A stretch of 42,221 nucleotides of DNA from Octopus bimaculoides (lineage: Eukaryota), in contig NC_069001.1 of assembly GCF_001194135.2 (NCBI RefSeq), positions 5,679,881 to 5,722,101 on the forward strand, written 5' to 3'. Positions 37,715-42,221 of the stretch are shown here, piece by piece (positions within the stretch are counted from its first letter, which is position 1; each line of letters begins with the position of its first letter). The notes under the pieces are model-generated. The model worked only from the letters and a program-made list of their open reading frames with translations. It was not told the origin of the DNA and made no database searches. The translations under genes and the position numbers were made by a program.

Positions 37715-38411
37715 TGTATATGTATGTAGGTATGTATGTATGTACATGTTTGTGTGTGCATGATCCATACACACGCACACACCCACACTATTTAATCAAT
37801 AAATAGCTGTATATAGCAGGAAATTGCAGCATAAAGCGAAATAAAACAAGCAAAAGATTACAAGAAATAGCAACAAGTTGTGAGATAATGAGAAATAGCA
37901 ACAATGAACAGGAAGTAACAAATAGCAACATAGAAAAGAAAAAAACAACAACAATTCAAAAACAACAGTAAACAAAACAATGACGAAATAATGGCAAGAA
38001 ATAAATAGAAATTGGAAAATAGAAAGTTAATATCTGGAAATACTTTCTGAATACTATATTGTGTGGTTTTAGGAAGTAAAAGGTTACAGATAAATCAATG
38101 GTTAAATCTATGGGTGTGTGTGGGTGGTGGGTATGAAATGAAAGGTGTGATGTAATGAGATGTTAAACCATCATGGTAGTTGACTATAAGGTGTGATAAA
38201 TTATATATGATGTGGTAGAGTGTGATAAATTGTAAAAGACGTGGCAGAGTTGGGCGTGAAATATGTGTGGTAGATTGGAGGTAATATATTATATAAGGCG
38301 TGGTAGATTTGGGGAAGAAATATAAGGTGTGGTTAAGAGGGGCTAAAATATAAGAGGTGAGGGAAGGTAATGAAATATAGATCTGGTGGACAGAGAGTGA
38401 TATATAAACGA

Positions 38412-38941
38412 CGGTAGAGTTGGGGGTGAATTGTAAGGTGTGGTAGACGATGGTAAAATATAGATTTGGTAGAATGTGTATATTAGCTGTGGTAGAGTTG
38501 GGGGAAAATGTAAGGCGTGGTAGACGATGGTAAAATATAGATTTGGTAGAATGGGTATATTAGCTGTGGTAGAGTTGAGGTAAAATGTAAGGCGTGGTAG
38601 ACGATGGTAAAATATAGATTTGGTAGAATGTGTATATTAGCTGTGGTAGAGTTGGGGGAAAATGTAAGGCGTGGTAGACGATGGTAAAATATAGATTTGG
38701 TAGAATGTGTATATTAGCTGTGGTAGAGTTGGGGGAAAATGTAAGGCGTGGTAGACNNNNNNNNNNTATATTAGCTGTGGTAGAGTTGGGGGAAAATGTA
38801 AGGCGTGGTAGACGATGGTAAAATATAGATTTGGTAGAATGGGTATATTAACTGTGGTAGAGTTGGGGGAAAATGTAAGGCGTGGTAGACGATGGTAAAA
38901 TATAGATTTGGTAGAATGGGTATATTAGCTGTGGTAGAGTT
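38412..38941. repeat. 77-bp tandem minisatellite (about 7 visible units, split by a 10-N gap)
   Basis: tggtagac recurs at 38441, 38518, 38595, 38672, 38749, then 38806 and 38883. Each unit is three TGGTAGA-led subunits of 26, 23 and 28 bp. Confidence 0.97.
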
Positions 38942-38978
38942 CTACACTGCATAGAGAAAATAGCACAACTAGGTTTAA

Positions 38979-39326
38979 AGGAGACCCCTTTCGGTCATGA
39001 ATGACCATGGGACTGCACCAAGAAAGTTACCCTCCGGGGCACAAGTCCGGGCATGGTTGTTTTTATTTTTATGGAAGACCAGTAGTCGCCCATGCATACC
39101 AGCCTCCCCTCTCCACACCACCGATGTTATCCAAGGGAAAGGCAAAGGGGCCGATATAGCTTGGCACCAGTGACATCGCAACTCATTTCTACAGCTGAGT
39201 GAACTGGAGCAACGTGAAATAAAGTGTCTTGCTCAAGAACACAGCACACAACCCGATCCAGGAGTCGAACTCACAACCTCACGATCGTAAGCTCGACGCT
39301 CTAACCACTGAGTCATGCGCCTTCAC
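38979..39326 (-). mobile_element. Near full-length tRNA-derived SINE
   Basis: Minus strand reads gtgaaggcgcatgactcagtggttagagcg (A-box) ... gagttcgactcc (B-box) ... tgttcttgagcaagacacttt. Confidence 0.85.
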
Positions 39327-39400
39327 TTACGACTAGGTACTGTATGCAAAATAATATTCACATGATTTAATAATGCAACACTGCACAGACAGACACGTAT

Positions 39401-39436
<36 letters not shown>

Positions 39437-39711
39437 ATAATGCATTCTTTGGAATGGAATCGAAAATGAAACCCAAAACAACATAAAACTCTGCACATAT
39501 CCAAGGAGCAGAGAACTAGATTCCGTTGTTGTGTGAAAGCATGCAATCGAAATAATACAACAACACCAACACCAAGAATAACCATATCTTTTATAATGGT
39601 GATGATGACGATGATGATGATTTCTTTTCTTCGCCACCAGAGAGACGGATGCGGGGGGGGGACGATACAAAGACGGACAGATGTGGTGTTTTACACAGAA
39701 TCGAATAATTA

Positions 39712-39714
39712 AGC

Positions 39715-39769
<55 letters not shown>

Positions 39770-39909
39770 GGATAATAATAATGACAATAGTAATGACAAC
39801 AGCAACAACAATATTAATAATGACAACGGTAATGACAAGAATAAGAAGAAGAATATAAGAATAATAACATTGATAATATAACAACATTAATAATAATAGC
39901 AACAACATC

Positions 39910-39947
<38 letters not shown>

Positions 39948-40062
39948 CAACGGTAATGACAAGAAGAAGAATATAAGAATAATAACATTGATAATATAAC
40001 AACATTAATAATAATAGCAACAACAACAACATCAATAATAATAATAATAATAATAATAATAA
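39712..40062. repeat. (AAT)n tract containing a roughly 125-bp tandem duplication
   Basis: aatgacaacggtaatgacaagaa... occurs twice (about 39818 and 39943). Confidence 0.9.
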
Positions 40063-40519
40063 TCGTGGTGATAGTTATGATGATGATTGAAATGGTGAGA
40101 ATGTAAAAGTTGTGCTCTCTTACAAAATATGGATAGAACCATAAGAATGAAATAAAAGCAATTCAAGGTACATAAGACAAATTCTGTTGCAGCTTCTCAA
40201 AGAAAATGTTCTGCAGTAGATTTAGAAAATGGCAATGCAAAGATTCCATAAAAGTTTATTATCGAGATGGACCACCAGCTGGCACACAATAAGTCAGTTA
40301 TAATTTTCCACGATAAAACGACGTGAACCAGTTAATAGATGTGTTCTGTAAAAGTGAGTAGCTTGAATTTTGTGCTGAAGTCAGCTGAAAAGCTAAAGAA
40401 TTGCACTGATTTTGGCTATTGAAACTGAAGACTAAGCAACAAGGAAAGCCATTTCTCCGTCATTCTATTTGTAATTGCTATAAATGGAATCGTATCCAAC
40501 AGACGTGAGCATGGTGTGG

Positions 40520-40640
40520 TCTGGCCTGCTCTCGCCCAGCATGGACTAGTCTGGCCTAGCCTGGCCTGGTTTGGTCTAGCCTGGCCTGGCTTGGCTTGAT
40601 CTGACCTGGTGTGGACTAGTCTGGTCTGGTCTGGCCTGGC
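40520..40640. repeat. Degenerate pentanucleotide (CTGGY/CTAGY)n
   Basis: Directly visible. Similar decayed pentamer tracts occur at about 11070-11210 and 35270-35400. Confidence 0.9.
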
Positions 40641-40799
40641 CGAGTGCTTGTGGTTAAGGATCTTGCTTTGGCGATCATGAGATCACGGTTTTGATCTCGC
40701 TACGCATTGTCACATCTCGGATAAGCGACTTATACTATATCTTTCGTACACACATGCTTTGTGAGTGAAAATGAGCTGACGGAAACTGTGCGGAAGCTC
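40640..40799 (+). mobile_element. Highly diverged SINE
   Basis: tgtggttaagg...tgtgagtgaaaatgagctgacggaaactgtgcggaagctc is a decayed version of the 21263-21427 family. Confidence 0.5.
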
Positions 40800-41487
40800 A
40801 TTATCTCGATTGAACCTGGAATTCGAGGGTCCAGTCTGCACTTCGAAGATCTAGCCTTGTCAGATATTGTATTGAACCAATTTTTTTTTTTACTGCCTGA
40901 GAATTACATTAAACTGTATACATGTTTACGGAATACCCAGCCATGTACATGTTAATACACCAAACTTGACGTTTAGTGTACCGAGCAAGTGGTATATTGA
41001 CCAACGAAACTGACGGAGGCCTCAGGGATATATATATATATATTGCTGTTTGATAACGACACTAAAACATTCCCCGTAAAATCTCCAACTGTCCTGTTTT
41101 GGCATCTGTCCTGTCATGGCATCTATGTTAGAGTTCCTTCTGCCGACCGGTCTGAAAACGTTTTGAATTTACCTTCAAATCCAAAGTAATTTTGCTTCAT
41201 CAGTGTTTGCGTTGGTTTGTTTAAAATGAAATGCAGAATCGATTTTACGCTGCACGCTTCACCTAAGAGACAAGTGTTCACATTTCTGATCGCGCAGCAT
41301 GGATTGTCGTGATTAATAAGCTTCCATGTGAAGAGCGCCTGATTTTCATGTCTGATTTTCATGGAACGTCTACTGAAAATTTTCATATATGTCTATATAG
41401 TAAGAAAGTACATATTAATGCCAGATATCCCGGTATTTTTGGCATATATTTCTACCTCAATCTTACATACACAAATGTGTGTGTTTG

Positions 41488-41522
<35 letters not shown>

Positions 41523-41526
41523 TTAT

Positions 41527-41562
<36 letters not shown>

Positions 41563-41651
41563 NNNNNNNNNNNNNNNNNNNNNTATATATACACTAATAT
41601 TTATACAGATATACGCACATACATAACAATATATTCATACATCTATACACA

Positions 41652-41689
<38 letters not shown>

Positions 41690-41819
41690 CACACACATAC
41701 ACACAAACATTCAAAGGGATGTCATATTTGTGTGGAGGAGAAAACATGTCTAACTCAGACAATCATAGAAAAATGTAAATAACATCAAGATGATGATGAT
41801 GATGATCATTATTATTATT

Positions 41820-41887
<68 letters not shown>

Positions 41888-42132
41888 CACACAGATTAAT
41901 AAAGTCATGCAGACATTATTATGCACAAATACATTTATACACACATATATACATGCACATACACATTATAGGCTTATTTAAAGAGGTGCCATGGACAATT
42001 TACCAATTTTCAGTTCATTGATTCATGAGATAATCTTTTACTTCAGGTTTGGTTTAATTGATTTCTGCAGACTGATGGTACATCCGTAACAATAATAATA
42101 TTATTTCCTATTGATATACCTATTGATATATG

Positions 42133-42165
<33 letters not shown>

Positions 42166-42179
42166 TTCTCTCTCTCTCG

Positions 42180-42221
<42 letters not shown>

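Noticed and set aside
38412-38941. Regular repeats resembling a CRISPR array
   Set aside because: The units are near-identical along their whole length with no unique spacers, there are no cas genes, and the context is eukaryotic.
39200-39326. tRNA genes at SINE heads (also 13275-13347 and 36629-36722)
   Set aside because: A and B boxes are present, but there is no complete cloverleaf or acceptor stem, and each continues into a SINE body.
536-42021. Most ORFs in the supplied track (IYIY, HTHT, CVCV, poly-T/V/H/M, X-runs)
   Set aside because: They are translations of di- and trinucleotide microsatellites or N-gaps, which lack stop codons by construction.

Overview
AT-rich eukaryotic DNA saturated with microsatellites and broken by about 20 N-gaps. 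The repeat families (tRNA-headed SINEs, mariner relics, TA/CA/GAT/ACC tracts) strongly resemble an Octopus draft genome; this is inferred, not verified. Almost all supplied ORFs are microsatellite or N-run artefacts. Most of the window appears to be one long minus-strand intron. A clean ATG-containing exon (35568-35470, MAALDCEFNLNGIPADDIATNEMICLEPQHMID, phase-0 GTAAGT donor) can splice in frame to a textbook 24-nt microexon about 33.8 kb away (1717-1694, RWKSHFDK). That peptide resembles the helix entering the N-terminal EF-hand of RHBDL3/rhomboid-4-type rhomboid proteases. Further phase-0 candidate first exons (32394-32362, 9544-9476, 27632-27627) and 9-nt microexon candidates lie in between. 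The intron holds type I hammerhead ribozyme motifs of the Penelope-like (PLE) kind: one intact and antisense to the host (11489-11534), one sense and overlapped by a near-perfect 429-bp palindrome that would sequester it (21872-21990), and two decayed sense copies. It also contains a mariner MITE, an internally deleted mariner with a transposase relic, a Dong/R4 LINE 3' end inserted in a (TAA)n tract, about 16 SINE fragments, a cluster of RFX X-box motifs, and a 77-bp higher-order minisatellite. All gene-structure calls rest on sequence signals alone.
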